Assembly (NCBI RefSeq): GCF_006345805.1
Contig: NC_043005.1
Coordinates: 98,704,001 to 98,768,000 of the forward strand
DNA from: Octopus sinensis
Lineage: Eukaryota
Length of the DNA stretch: 64,000 nt
Direction of reading: 5' to 3'
Under the pieces are notes generated by a model. That model did no database searches. It was not told where the DNA came from and was given only the letters and a program-made list of their open reading frames with translations. This document shows positions 40,073 to 55,313 of the stretch, in pieces; positions within the stretch are counted from its first letter, which is position 1, and the number at the start of each line of letters is the position of its first letter. Made by a program: the position numbers and the translations under genes.

Positions 40073-40483
40073 ATTCATATATGTAGGTAGGTAGGCTGGT
40101 AAGTCGGTATGTACATATAAAGAAGCAGTCACTTGAGTGAGAATCAATGATGAGTTCCATGACAAATTTCGGTAATTCATCATGAACGTAAGGGTTCAAT
40201 TCTCAGACCCCTCCCTATTCATAATTATCCCTAGAAGAGTTTAAGACTGACTGGCTGTGGTTCATGTGGCCTGAATCAATAGAAATGTCAGAGAAAAGAA
40301 AAAAATCCAGTCTTAGAATGAAGAGGCTTCAAACCAAACATAACAAAGAGAAAAAGTAGAAAAGAAGATAAAACTCTGGAACCATTAGGGAAATGGCCCT
40401 TGTTCCTTATGCTGGGAAGTTGTGTGTGTGTGTATGTATGTGTGTGTATACATATATGTGTGTGTATGTATACGTGCATGTTC

Positions 40484-40531
<48 letters not shown>

Positions 40532-42179
40532 GTGTATACACATATGTATGTATATGTGTATATATGTACATACATATATATACATATATATACATATATA
40601 TATATATATATGTATATGTGTATATATGTACATACATATACAGATGTGTATTTACTTGTATACATACATGTATGTATAAATATGTGTATATTCTTGTATA
40701 TTTATAGGACTATATAATTACATGTGTATTCATTTAGATAATATTTTTTGTGTATGTAGCTATTTATATAAATATATATAGATATATATATTCAGCACAT
40801 TCATATGTACATGCAAGTGTAATTTGTTTCCTCTTTTTATCAATCAGATATTAGTATGAAGTTTGCTTTTCCATCGTAGTTTATTTCAAGTTTAATGTAT
40901 TTTATGTCAGCATTAATTTCTTTTTGTGTTTTTTTTTTGGTGCAAAATGTTTAATTAAGTGCATTCATTAGTGACTGTTGCACACATACATATACACATA
41001 TATTCATAAGCATGCACACACACACACTTGTTTGTCATTTGTTTCTTTTTCTTTTTTAGTCACTTTCCCATTGACATCAGACAAATTCAGTTTATATAAT
41101 TTTCTAAATTTCCAATAAAATGTGCCAAGATTGGTTGATGTTAGTCTCCCAAGACTAAAACATGTTATCATCTTTCAATAAAGAAAAATGATAAACTTAG
41201 TAAATATAAGAAAAAGATAAATAAATAAAATTCATTGCAACACAAGAATGATTTCTACATACTTCTCAACATTGATTCTTTGTAATGGCAGCAACAAAGT
41301 TTAAACGAACTCTTGTTACATTTTAGTTCATTAGCATTTGTCATGTGCTGGGTTTCTGACAAATTAATCCCTGGAATCAGGTTTCAGTTCTTCCTTGAAA
41401 GTGTTCTAATTTTGCTTTTTACATAAGACCCTGCTCCTTTACTATTTTCCAAATATGATTGTAGTATTAGCTTCTATTTTCCACCTTCCCTTTTGTTAGA
41501 TACCATTGTATATATATGTATATTATATTACAATTACTTATAAAATCAAGCCAACAATGTAGGTGTTTACATTTCTTTGGCTATTACTTGTTTGCAACAA
41601 ATTATTCAAGTAAGATTTCATATATTTATTCAGTATTGATTAAACTAAACAATTTTTCCTGTGGTCCCAGCAGTTCTGTGTTATTTCTATGCTCAACTAT
41701 ATTAGCAATATTTTGCTAAAGAAACTAGCTAGACACTAAATATATTGGTAAATGCCTGCAGAAGATAGTTGGCTTGAGTTTAATATATGTGAGCAGTAAA
41801 ACTGAGTAAAAAAAAAAAGGTGTTGTAAGTTGGCAAAAGTAAACAAGAGAAGACCTGGGAAGAATCATATATGATAAATTTGAGAAATTGTTTCACAAGG
41901 GATTAAGGCACAGTATTAGAATACATTGCAAACCCAGCCAGCCTATGTCAGCTTGGAAAGATATAAGAGCAATGGTGATGTTGATTGTAAATCCTTTACT
42001 AAAACTAAGATTTGTGAGCTATAAATTGTAGCTACATTATGTCTTGCCCACTAATTGTTAAGTACTTCAGAAAGCTATTAATGTATGAGCAACCAAATTA
42101 TTTTCTGATGAAGGTATAGAAAATAATTATACTTTCTACTCTAGGCACAAAACCCGAAATTTTTTTTTGGTGGGTGGTG

Positions 42180-42350
42180 GCAGTCGATTAGATTGACCCT
42201 AGTACGCAACTGGTACTTAATTTATCGACCTGGAAAGGATGATAGGCAAAGTTGATCTCGGCGGAATTTGAACTCAGAATGTAAAGACAGACGAAATATC
42301 GCTAAGCGTTTCACCTGGCACGCTAACGTTTCTGCCAACTCACTGCCTTA
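42180..42350 (-). mobile_element. SINE family A, partial
   Basis: gtcgattagattgacc...gaatttgaactcagaa...tgccaactcactgcc. Confidence 0.75.
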
Positions 42351-42720
42351 GAAAAGAATTATATTCACAGAAATATATTTAGGTGCAGGTTCACACAACA
42401 TACCTATGCCTCCAGAAACAAAAGAATTTCTGTTTCACTGTGTGTGTGTGTGTGTGTGTGTGTCTGTGTGTGTGTGTCGTGCCGGTGGCACGTAAAAAGC
42501 ACCAACTGATTGTGGCCATTGCCAGCTTCGCCTGGCACCCATGCCGGTGGCACGTAAAAAGCACCCTCTACACTCACGGAGTGGTTGCAATAAGAAGGGC
42601 ATCCAGCGGTAGAAACACTGCCAGATCAGACTGGAGCCTGGTGCAGCCTCCTGGCTTCCCAGACCCCGGTCGAACCATCCAACCCATGCTAGCATGGAAA
42701 ACGGACGTTAAACGATTATG

Positions 42721-42767
<47 letters not shown>

Positions 42768-42769
42768 TC

Positions 42770-44016
42770 AGAAAACAGATTCCATCACACTCCAGGGAGA
42801 GAAACTAGTAGTAGTTGATAGTTTCCGCTACCTGGGTGACCAAGTTAGTAGTGGAGGGGGATGCTCAGAGAGTGTCACCACTAGAATACGAATAGCCTGG
42901 GCAAAGTTCAGAAAGCTCCTACCCCTACTGGTGACAAAGGGTCTCTTGCTCAAAGTGAAGGGTAGATTGTATGACGCATGTGTGCGAACTGCCATGCTTC
43001 ACGGTAGTGAAACATGGGCTGTGACTGCAGAGGACATGCGTAGACTTGAAAGGAATGAAGCTAGCATGATCCGCTGGATGTGTAACGTCAGTGTGCGCGC
43101 ACGACAGAGTGTAAGCACCCTGAGAGAAACGCTGGACATAAGAAGCATCAGATGTAGTGTGGTATGGTCATGTACTGCGGATGGATGAGGAGAGATGTGT
43201 GAAGAAGTGCCACTCCCAAACAGTTGAAGGTATCAGGGGAGATGTAGACCTAGGAAGACATGGGATGTGGTAGTCAAGCATGACCTCAGAGCGTTGGGCC
43301 TCACAGAGACAATGACAAAGGACCGAGATCTCTGGAGATATGCTGTGACTGCAAAGACCCGGGCTGCTTCCTGCACCAGTTCTGCATAGCCCTTGCTCAT
43401 TCAAAGTACCTTGGATTCCAGAACATCCTGCTGTGCTTGAGGAGACCTGTTGAGTCAAGTACATGAACATCGAAATAAATATCAATGGAAATAGTAGTTG
43501 TGATACCTGTGCCGGTGGTACATAAAAAGCACCATCCGAACGTGGCCGTTGCCAGCGCCGCCTCGACTGGCTTCTGTGTCAGTGGCACATAAAAAGCACC
43601 ATCCGAACGTGGCCGATGCCAGCGCCGCCTCGACTGGCTTCTGTGCCAGTGGCACATAAAAAGCACCATCCAAACGTGGCCGATGCCAGCGCCGCCTCGA
43701 CTGGCTTCAGTGCCGGTAGCACATAAAAAGCACCACCCAAACATGGTCGATGCCAGCACCACCTTGGCTGGCTTCCGTGCCGGTGGCACGTTAAAAGCAC
43801 CAACCAATCGTAGCCGATGCCGGACTCCCCTGGCACCTGTGCAGGTGGCACATAAAAAGCACCCACTACACTCGCGGAATGGTTGGCGTTAGGAAGGGCA
43901 TCCAGCTGTAGAAACAATGTCAGATCAGACTGGGGCCTGGTGCAGCCCCTGGCTTCCCAGACCCCGGTCGAACCGTCCAAACCATGCTAGCACGGAAAAC
44001 GGACGTTAAACGATGA

Positions 44017-44018
<2 letters not shown>
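42770..44018 (+). mobile_element. 5'-truncated RTE LINE with 3' UTR repeats and (GAT)n tail
   Basis: VDSFRYLGD...RIRIAWAKFRKLLPLL...LHGSETWAV; ends ggacgttaaacgatgatgat. Confidence 0.9.
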
Positions 44019-44054
<36 letters not shown>

Positions 44055-46197
44055 ATCTTCATGTGTCTGCATGTATGTGTGTATATGTTTGTGTATGGGT
44101 GTGTGTGTTGCATATAAGTGTCTCTCTTCCAATATGTCCTTGTCAAGTCTACCTCAATTGCCCTGTTTTTGTAACCCTCTCATCATCCTATTGTTCATCA
44201 TTCAGTCACTCATTCTTTTACATACTCTCCATCCATACTCTCTTCTGTTGTATTAATTCTGCCTCTGTCATTAATGGAAAATAAAACCTGTTATGTTCCA
44301 TTGCACTTTCTGTACTCTAAGCCCTCATTCTTTCTTCCGCGATTCTCTCCATATTAACATCTTACCACTGAACACCTTCAACCCTATTCACCCTTAATCA
44401 TCTCTACCCTTACTATGTTCTCTCATCCCTCTGTTTTTGCAGCCTTGGCCTATCCTTCTTGATTCTTCTATTACTACTCTCTCTCTTCAATTCAACTCCA
44501 TGTGTACATTACACAAAGAGTATGGACATATCATAGGGTAGTGAGAACTCTCATGCCTTACATGATGCGAAGCACTCTCCCTTGTATTTGTCTCATAAAA
44601 AGATACACCCAGTACACTCTGTAAAGTGGTTGATAGGAATAGTATCCAGCTGTAGAAGCCAAACGAAAAATGAAACATATGAGTGACACGTGATTCTCAG
44701 ACCCATACTGGAGGCCTTTAACTCTGATTAAGGCACTGGACTGTGTCAACCCATCCACCCTCAGCTAGCATAGAAAGTGGATGATGATGATGATGATGAT
44801 GGCATTAAAACACATCTGGAGCTTGTAGAAAAATATAATTGATACCTCCTCAGCATGTTGGTCTGCAGATAAAACCATAACATCTAACTTAAAGGATGAT
44901 CTAAAAAACCTAAACAAAATGTTGTGTACTCTTGGCCAAGACAAACATCCTCATGAAACCTCTTTCGATATTTTGCTCTGTGCGTATCACATGGGCATGG
45001 AGGTAAAAATCAATATTTTGCTTTTTTTTTTTTTTTCCTTTTCTCCTTCTTTTTCACTTTTGACTCATCCAATGAAGCCATATATTTAAATCCTCTTCGA
45101 TATAAAAAAAACTAAAATGATGTGGAAGGGTTCAACAAGCAAACATTCAAAAGAACATTCTGACAACAAACATGGTAGAATTTTACTTGTAACAGGAAAT
45201 GGCTGCAGTTGAACCGCCTTTGGTAGCATCAGTTTATAGCAGTAATATTTATTAATGTGACGATCAACAAGTAACCAAAGTTATTCATGCAAACACTTGC
45301 ACAAATTCTGTACTTGTCAAGGTTATTAATCTTTAACCAGCCATGCTGTAGAAAGTGCTAGTGTGATACTTTAGGTCTAACTACAAAGACAGTGGTGATG
45401 TAACTATACAGGCCATTGTAGGGTTGTGACTTGGACTGTTGTAAGGTTCTGTGTACATTAACAGTAGATGGGTTCTGTCAGCAAAAGGTTTTGGAGTTAA
45501 CTGCTGAACACTATTATTAAGTTTCCTAAAAATGGTAACATTTGCCACCATACACACATGCAGTCATGCAGAGTTGAAAAATATTTAATCCTTTAAATAC
45601 CAGCCCTTCTGTGACTGCTCCTATTAAGGCATCTGTATTTAAATTAGTGTCTTTAAGATTTTATAAGATAACTATTATATTTCAGACTACCAACTATGAG
45701 AGAGAGAGACACACACACACACATTTTACTTAACTCCCAAATCTTCATTGTATTCCTAATTAATTGAAACACAAAAACACATACAGTATTCTAATTAGAA
45801 GTAATATGTATAGTCACTAAAGGCTTAAATAGTCATTTTGTTGTATACTGCTAGTTAGATGTTCATTCCTAATAAAATATATGGAATCAAGGATTAGAAC
45901 TCAGGTCTACTCTATCTTGCTTCTCTCTAGATTTCAGCTACCAGGGAGTACAAGAATTTGTGATTTGATATAGACTGGTGGTTGTTTATGGCTCCTTCTC
46001 TTACTCTTAATCCTAAATAAATTAAGTAAAACTGCAATCAACACCAATTCTTCTCTCTTATCTGTTATCATTAACTGGTTCGTTAAATCTGTACCATGGT
46101 TTCATATAGATGTAACTATATAATATTATATCATGCTATTACTTTAAAGGACAACCTCTATATTAACCTATAATCAATTCTAAACTTCTTTGAGCAA

Positions 46198-46418
46198 TTC
46201 AACCTTTTTGGATTCCAACCCATCTGAGGCTGCACCCAGTTCTAGGACACAAAATTTCTGTTTAAAATTATCTTCCATCAAAATTTCACATGAATTCATG
46301 TTCCAAGAAGTAGTTTAATAACAAAAAAAGTTATTTCATTAAATTCTTCATTATTTTTGAAATGAATTGACTTAAAGGCAGGGTATTTCAGCTGAAATAT
46401 GGTAATGAAAGGGTTAAA
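46198..46418 (-). mobile_element. TTAA-flanked MITE, same family as 4044-4273
   Basis: Ends aaatatggtaatgaaagggttaa; internal cttccatcaaaatttcac is the reverse complement of the gtttggtggaagatttt-like block. Confidence 0.55.
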
Positions 46419-46679
46419 GATTTTATATATGAAGTCATAAGCACTCAAATTACGTGTGTGTGTATGCATATGTTTCCATTTGTATGTGATATATAAATGT
46501 ATGTACCCATGTTTGTGATAAACAGTGCCTTATATATAAATCGCACCTCCCCAGCCCTATCCCTCGCTTACTTTCTCTCGTGAACAATGGAAATATTTCA
46601 CATTCCCACTTCAAACTGGAGATAATCATGTTGACCTTCAAATTCAAACTTTTCTTTCACTAACTTTTTTATTTGCTAT

Positions 46680-46870
46680 TAGCAGTTAAGGATTAAATAA
46701 CAATGACTATAATAAAGATAGTAACAGTAATAATGATGATGATTATAGTAATAATAATAATGACAATATAATAATAATATTAATAATAATAATAATGGTA
46801 ATAATAGTAGTAATAATGATGATGATATAATAATAATGATAAAAATAATAACAATAATAATAATCATACT
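46680..46870. repeat. Degenerate (AAT)n
   Basis: Direct reading. Confidence 0.85.
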
Positions 46871-47010
46871 GTTGTAGTTGTTTTTTGAGTTATTAATATT
46901 TTTTATAATTCTTAAAAGCTTATTTTGCTCATGGTGAAAAAAATTCTTATTTTGATAAAATATTTCTTTAATAACATTTTATGTATAAGTACATATGTGG
47001 TATATATACA

Positions 47011-47071
<61 letters not shown>

Positions 47072-47169
47072 CACATATATGTATATATATATACACACAC
47101 ACACACACTTACATCCATAATTGCATATAATATATATTCATAAGAGATTATGTATTGCACAAATGTGTG

Positions 47170-47365
47170 TGTGTGGAGGTGTGTGGGTATATAAATATAT
47201 GTATATATGTGTGTATATATATAAATATGATACTACAGACATGATATATGTAGTACATATTTTATGACTATACATGTGTATGTATATATATATATATATA
47301 TATGTAGGTATGTATATATATATATGTATATATATGTATGTATATATATATGTATATAATATATG

Positions 47366-47408
<43 letters not shown>

Positions 47409-47416
47409 TATATATG

Positions 47417-47459
<43 letters not shown>

Positions 47460-47486
47460 ATATATTATATATATATATATATTATG

Positions 47487-47573
<87 letters not shown>

Positions 47574-47608
47574 TGTATATATATGTATGTATAATATATA
47601 TATGTATG

Positions 47609-47703
<95 letters not shown>

Positions 47704-47790
47704 ATATCTATATATATATATATTATATTATATATATATATAATATATATATGTATAAGATATATATATATATAATATATATATGATATG

Positions 47791-47835
<45 letters not shown>

Positions 47836-48280
47836 GATATATATATACATATGTTGCATGTATGTATAGTATATATATATATATGTATGCATGTATGTAT
47901 GTATTATAATATATGTATGCATGTATGTATGTAATATATATATATGTATGCTGTATGTATGTATATATATATATATGTATGCATGTATGTATGTATATAT
48001 AATATGTATGCCGTATGTATGTATATATATATATATGTTGTATGTTTATTTATATTATGTTTATGTAATACTAAGCAATAAGGGTTTAGCAACGAGTTGC
48101 CTTACCACATACCGATTGTATGTATATATGTATGTATATATATATATGTATGTATGTATATATGTATGTATATATGTATGTATGTATGTATGTATATATA
48201 TATGTATGTATATATATATGTATGTATATATATATGTATGTATGTATATATATATGTATGTATATATATATGTATGTATG

Positions 48281-48320
<40 letters not shown>

Positions 48321-48330
48321 TGTATGTATG

Positions 48331-48363
<33 letters not shown>

Positions 48364-48486
48364 GTATATATATATGTATGTTTATATATATATGTATGTA
48401 TATATATATATGTATGTATATATATATATGTATGTATATATATATATGTATGTATATATATATATGTATTTATATATATATGTATG

Positions 48487-48517
<31 letters not shown>

Positions 48518-48559
48518 GTATGTATATATATATATGTATGTATATATATATATGTATGT

Positions 48560-48618
<59 letters not shown>

Positions 48619-48755
48619 TATGTATGTATATATATATGTATGTATGTATATATATGTATGTATTATATATATGTATGTATGTATATATATATATGTATGT
48701 ATGTATATATATAGTGTATATATATGTATGTATAATATATGTATATATATATATG

Positions 48756-48801
<46 letters not shown>

Positions 48802-48810
48802 GTATGTATG

Positions 48811-48841
<31 letters not shown>

Positions 48842-48945
48842 TGTAGTATATATATATATATATATAATATATGTTATATATATATAATATATATATATAT
48901 ATATGTATGTATATATGTATGTAATATATATTATATATGTATGTA

Positions 48946-49020
<75 letters not shown>

Positions 49021-49025
49021 TAGTA

Positions 49026-49067
<42 letters not shown>

Positions 49068-49509
49068 CATGTATGTATGTATATTATATATATGTATGCA
49101 TGATGTATGTATATATATATATATGTATGCAATGTATGTATAATATATATATGTATGCATGTATGTATGTATATATATATATATGTATGCATGTATGTAT
49201 GTATATATATATATATGTATGCATGTATGTATGTATATATATATATATGTATGCATGTATGTATGTATGTATATATATATATGTATGTATATATATATGT
49301 ATGTAATACTAAGCAATAAGGGTTTAGCAACGAGTTGCCTTACCACATACCGAATTGTATGTATATATGTATGTATATATATATATGTATGTATGTATAT
49401 ATGTATGTATATATGTATGTATGTATGTATATATATATATGTATGTATATATATATGTATGTATATATATATGTATGTATGTATATATATATGTATGTAT
49501 ATATATATG

Positions 49510-49555
<46 letters not shown>

Positions 49556-49565
49556 TGTATGTATG

Positions 49566-49598
<33 letters not shown>

Positions 49599-49800
49599 GT
49601 ATATATATATGTATGTTTAATATATATGTATGTATATATATATATGTATGTATATATATATGTATGTTTATATATATATGTATGTTTATATATATATGTA
49701 TGTTTATATATATATGTATGTGTATATATATATATATGTATGTATATATTATATGTATGTATATATATATGTATGTATATTATATGTATGTATATATATG

Positions 49801-49832
<32 letters not shown>

Positions 49833-49999
49833 TATGTATGTATGTATATATGTATGGTATATATATATATGTATGTATTATATATATATTGTATATTATA
49901 TATATGTATGTATGTATATATATATATGTATGTTTATATATATGTATATATATATATGTATGTATGTATGTATATATATTATGTATGTATATATATATG

Positions 50000-50031
<32 letters not shown>

Positions 50032-50406
50032 TGTATGTATGTATATATATGTATTATGTATATATGTATGTATGTATGATATATATATGTATGTAGTATG
50101 TATATATATATGTATGTATGTATGTATATATATATATATGTATGTATATATATATGTATGTATATATATATATGTATGTATGTATATATATGTATGTATG
50201 TATATATATGTATGTATGTATATATATATATGTATGTTTATATATATATGTAGTATATATATATATGTATGTATGTATATATATATATATATGTATGTAT
50301 ATATATATATATATATATATATGTATGCATGTATGTATTATATATATATGTATGCATGTATGTATGTATATATATATATATATGTATGTATATATTATAT
50401 GTATGT

Positions 50407-50440
<34 letters not shown>

Positions 50441-50488
50441 GTATGTATATATATATGTATGTATATATATATGTATGTATATTATATG

Positions 50489-50527
<39 letters not shown>

Positions 50528-51099
50528 GTATATATATATGTATGTTATATATATGTATGTATATATATATATGTATGTATATATATATATGTATGTTTAT
50601 ATTATATGTATGTATATATATATAATGTTGTATATATATTATATATGTATATATATATATGTATGTAATATATATATATGTATGTATATAATTATGTATG
50701 TAGATAGTAATATATATATGTATGATGTATATATATGTATGTATATATATATATGTATGTATATATATATGTATGTATGTATATATATATATGTATGTAT
50801 ATATATATATATGTATGTATATATATATATGTATGTATATATATATATGTATGTATGTATATAATATGTATGTATGTATATATATATGTATGTATGTATG
50901 TATATATATATTGTATGTATGTATGTATAATATATATATGTATGTATGTATATATATATTATATGTATGTATGTATGTATATATATATATATGTATGTAT
51001 ATATATATATATGTATGTATGTATAATAATATATGTATGTATATATATATATGATGTATATATATATATTATGTATGTATGTATCTATATATATGTATG

Positions 51100-51130
<31 letters not shown>

Positions 51131-51587
51131 ATCTATATATATGTATGTATATAATATATATATATATGTATGTATATATATATATATGTATGTATGTATA
51201 TATATATGTATGTATGATATATATATATATGTATGTATGTATCTATATATAGTATGTATATATATATATATATATGTATGTATATATATATATGTATGTT
51301 GTATATTATATATATATTATGTATGTATGTATGTATGTATGTATATATATGTGGTATATATAAGTATGATGTATATTATATATGTATGTATGTATATATA
51401 TATATGTATGTATATATATATGTATGTATGTATATATTATATATGTATGTATATATATATGTATGTATATATAATATATGTATGTTATATATAATGTATG
51501 TATATATATATATGTATGTATATATATATATGTATGTATGTATATATATATGTATGTATGTATGATATATATATATATGTATGTATG

Positions 51588-51618
<31 letters not shown>

Positions 51619-52320
51619 ATATATATATGTATGTATGTATATATATAAGTATATATTATATATATGTATGTATGTATATATATATATGTATGTATATATA
51701 TATGTATGTATGTATATATATATATGTATGTATATATATATGTATGAGTATATATATATGTATGTATGTATATATATATGTATGTATGTATATATATATG
51801 TATGTATGTATATATATATGTATGTATGTATATATATATATATATATGTATGTATATATATATATGTATGTAGTATATTATATATATATAATGTATGTAT
51901 ATATATATCTATGTATATATATATATATATGTATGTATGTATATATATATGTATGTATGTATATTATATATGTATGTATGTATATATATATGTATGTATG
52001 TATATATATATATGTATGTATGTATATATATATATGTATGTATGTATATATATATGTATGTATGTATATATATATGTATATATATATATATATATATGTA
52101 TGTATATATATATATATGTATCTATGTATATATGTATGTATGTATATATATATATATGTATGTATATATATAATATGTACGTTATATATATATACGTATG
52201 TATATATATATATATGTATGTATGTATATATTAATATTGTATGTATGTATATATATATATATATGTATGTATGTATATATATATATGTATGTATGTATAT
52301 ATATGTATGTATGTATATAC
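47170..52320. repeat. ~5 kb (TA)n/(TATG)n array
   Basis: Direct reading; source of the YIYI/MYVC ORFs; similar arrays at 53340-54216, 55359-56625, 62455-62980 and 63135-64000. Confidence 0.97.
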
Positions 52321-52321
52321 C

Positions 52322-53340
52322 AGACCACCACAGCAAAGAGACACAGGATGGACACCGCCGGCAACAATGTACACTTCACCTCGATACTCCTACTGAACAT
52401 CAGAGGACTGCAAACACTCAGTAACAGGACAAAGATCCCGTTCCTGAGAGACTTTGTTGCATGCAATCAAGCCTTATGCATAGCACTTACAGAAACGCAC
52501 TTGAAACCGGACATAGCAGATGCGGAGTTACACATACCACGGTATGCTGTACTATGGACCGACAGGAAAGAAAGGAGTCATGAGGTGTTGCTATGCATCC
52601 GTGAGGACCTCACACCCCAGGTCCTCTTGTCATACTCAAACTCGGTGTGTGACACACTAATTGTACATATTAGGCAACTTGATGTAGTTGTGTGTGCTAC
52701 ATATCGCCCTCCAGATGCCCCAAGCCATGTGGGCAAGTTTGAAGACTGCCTTATAAAATAGAAGAAATTCTAACCACATTAGAACAACATAGGTGTGCTT
52801 CTTATGGGAGACTTCAATCTGCCCAATGTCAGATGGCCCGAGGGCCTTTCTCTCCCAGGAATGACAAGATGTGAACGAGGACAGGCGAGGTCCCTCCTGA
52901 ACCTCATCAACACCCTGTACATGGAGCAGGTAATACTCCAACCAACCAGGGCAGGTAACACCACTGGATCTCTGCTTCACAAATGACATGGATCTCATCC
53001 ATAATGTGAAAGTGACACCGACACTATATATATATATATATATATATATGGCTATGTGGACACTACTCTCGGATCACAACATGATAGAGCTGACCATGTA
53101 CGGGCCAAAAGAGAGCACGGACATGCAGCCTACAAGAAAACCCTCAAAATCTTTCCAGCTTGAACTACCATAAGGCAAACTGGAAACAAATTGAGAAAGA
53201 GATCCTCAAACAAAACTGGCCTAAATGTCTCTCCTCGCCAGACATCGACGTGAACTTCAACAATTCATGTCTGTTAATGCAAGCCATATGCTACAAATGT
53301 GTCCCAGAGAGAAAGGCCACTGTACACAAGAACAAAATGT
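52322..53340 (+). mobile_element. CR1/L2-like LINE endonuclease region
   Basis: LLNIRGL, ALTETHL, DRK.R, TYRPPD, LMGDFNLP, LSDHN. Confidence 0.9.
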
Positions 53341-53379
53341 ATATATATATGTATATATATGTATATATATATATATTAT

Positions 53380-53432
<53 letters not shown>

Positions 53433-53439
53433 GTATATA

Positions 53440-53484
<45 letters not shown>

Positions 53485-54697
53485 GTATATATATGTATAT
53501 ATATGTATATATATATGTATATATATATGTATGTATGTATATATATATATGTATATATATAGTATATATATATATATATATGTGTATATATATATATATA
53601 ATGTATATATATATATATATATGTATGTATATATATATATATGTATGTATATATATATATGTATGTATATATATATATGTATGTATATATATATATGTAT
53701 GTATATATATATATGTATGTATATATATGTATATATATATATGTATATATATATGATGTATCTATATATATATATATATATATGTATGTATATATATATA
53801 TGTATATATATATGTATGTATATATATATAATATATATATATGTATGTATTATATTATATGTATGTATATGTATATATAAATATGTATATGTATATTATA
53901 TAATATAAATATGTATATGTATAGATAAAATATGTATAGTATATATATATATATAAATATGTATATGTATATATAAATATGTATATGTATATATATATAT
54001 ATAAATATGTATATGTATATATAAATATGTATATGTATATATATATATATAAATATGTATATGTATATATAAATATGTATATGTATATATATATATAAAT
54101 ATGTATATGTATATATAAATATGTATATGTATATATATATATAAATATGTATATGTATATGTATATATAAATATGTATATGTATATATATATATATAAAT
54201 ATGTATATGTATATATAAAAATCCACTTGTAGCTCGTCAGCCAAAACTATCTGGATGAAATCCACTCAATCACACGCCAGATTTTACCATAACGATAAAT
54301 ACGCGTGTGGTTCAATTGATTACATCCGACGTTATAATTCAAATGCCCCAACCAACAGCGCGCCAAACTTTCACGGAAAACAAAGACTGCATTTAGAAAT
54401 AAATGTAGCATAATTATAATTAATTAATGAGGGTGAGAGAATTAGATACTAATTTAATAGTATATCTATTCAACACCAAGTGGCTAGTGCTCCGAGAAAC
54501 CTGGATTATTATAATTTTTATAATATATTATAATATTTTTTACAAAATAAATATAAGAGAGTGGTCACTATATGGCTCACTCTAGCACCAGTTAATCCAA
54601 AAGGTTTCACCACAAAAATACATGTTTCCCATGAAAGTCAGTACGATTGTTAGCTCACACGGACAGGGCAAATAAAAAATAACAAAAATACAGATTA

Positions 54698-54779
54698 TTT
54701 TGGGACAATTGTTTCGCTATTAATGAATTAAATGTAATATTACTTACAAAAAAATCCACTTGTAGCTCGTCAGCCAAAA
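54698..54779 (-). ncRNA. Type I hammerhead ribozyme, intact core
   Basis: Minus strand: UUUUGG CUGACGA GCUA [43 nt] UAGC GAAAC AAUU GUC^ CCAAAA; 6-bp stem I, 4-bp stem II base, palindromic ACAAUUGU stem III, GUC triplet. Confidence 0.88.
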
Positions 54780-55231
54780 CTATCTGGATGAAATCCACTC
54801 AATCACACGCCAGATTTTACCATAACGATAAATACGCGTGTGGTTTAATTGATTACATCCGACGTTATAATCAAATGCCCCAACCAACAGCGCGCCAAAC
54901 TTTCACGGAAAAACAAAGACTGCATTTAGAAATAAATGTAACATAATTATAATTAATTAATAAGGGTGAGAGAATTAGATACTAATTTAATAGTATATCT
55001 ATTCAACACCAAGTGGCCTAGTGCTCCGAGAAACCTGGATTATTATAATATTTTATAATATATTATAATATTTTTACAAAATAAAATATAAGAGAGTGGT
55101 CACTATATGGCTCACTCTAGCACCAGTTAATCCAAAAGGTTTCAACCACAAAAATACATGTTCCCATGAAAGTCAGTACGATTGTAACTCACACGGACAG
55201 GGCAAATAAAAAATAACAAAAATACAGATTA

Positions 55232-55313
55232 TTTTGGGACAATTGTTTCGCTATTAATGAATTAAATGTAATTTTACTTACAAAAAAATCCACTTGTAGC
55301 TTGTCAGCCAAAA
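55232..55313 (-). ncRNA. Type I hammerhead ribozyme copy with G8A core change
   Basis: Same fold as 54698-54779, but the core reads CUGACAA (plus strand ttgtcag at 55301-55307). Confidence 0.75.

Noticed and set aside
40150-40195. Minus-strand atgatgaattaccgaaatttgtc motif
   Set aside because: Lacks C3-U4 and a stem II, so not a supportable hammerhead
44443-44540. Candidate next RIC1 exon (cag|C CTT GGC would give N-L-G)
   Set aside because: Continues as LSFLILLLL with no similarity to RIC1, reaches a stop, and lies next to repeat-derived sequence
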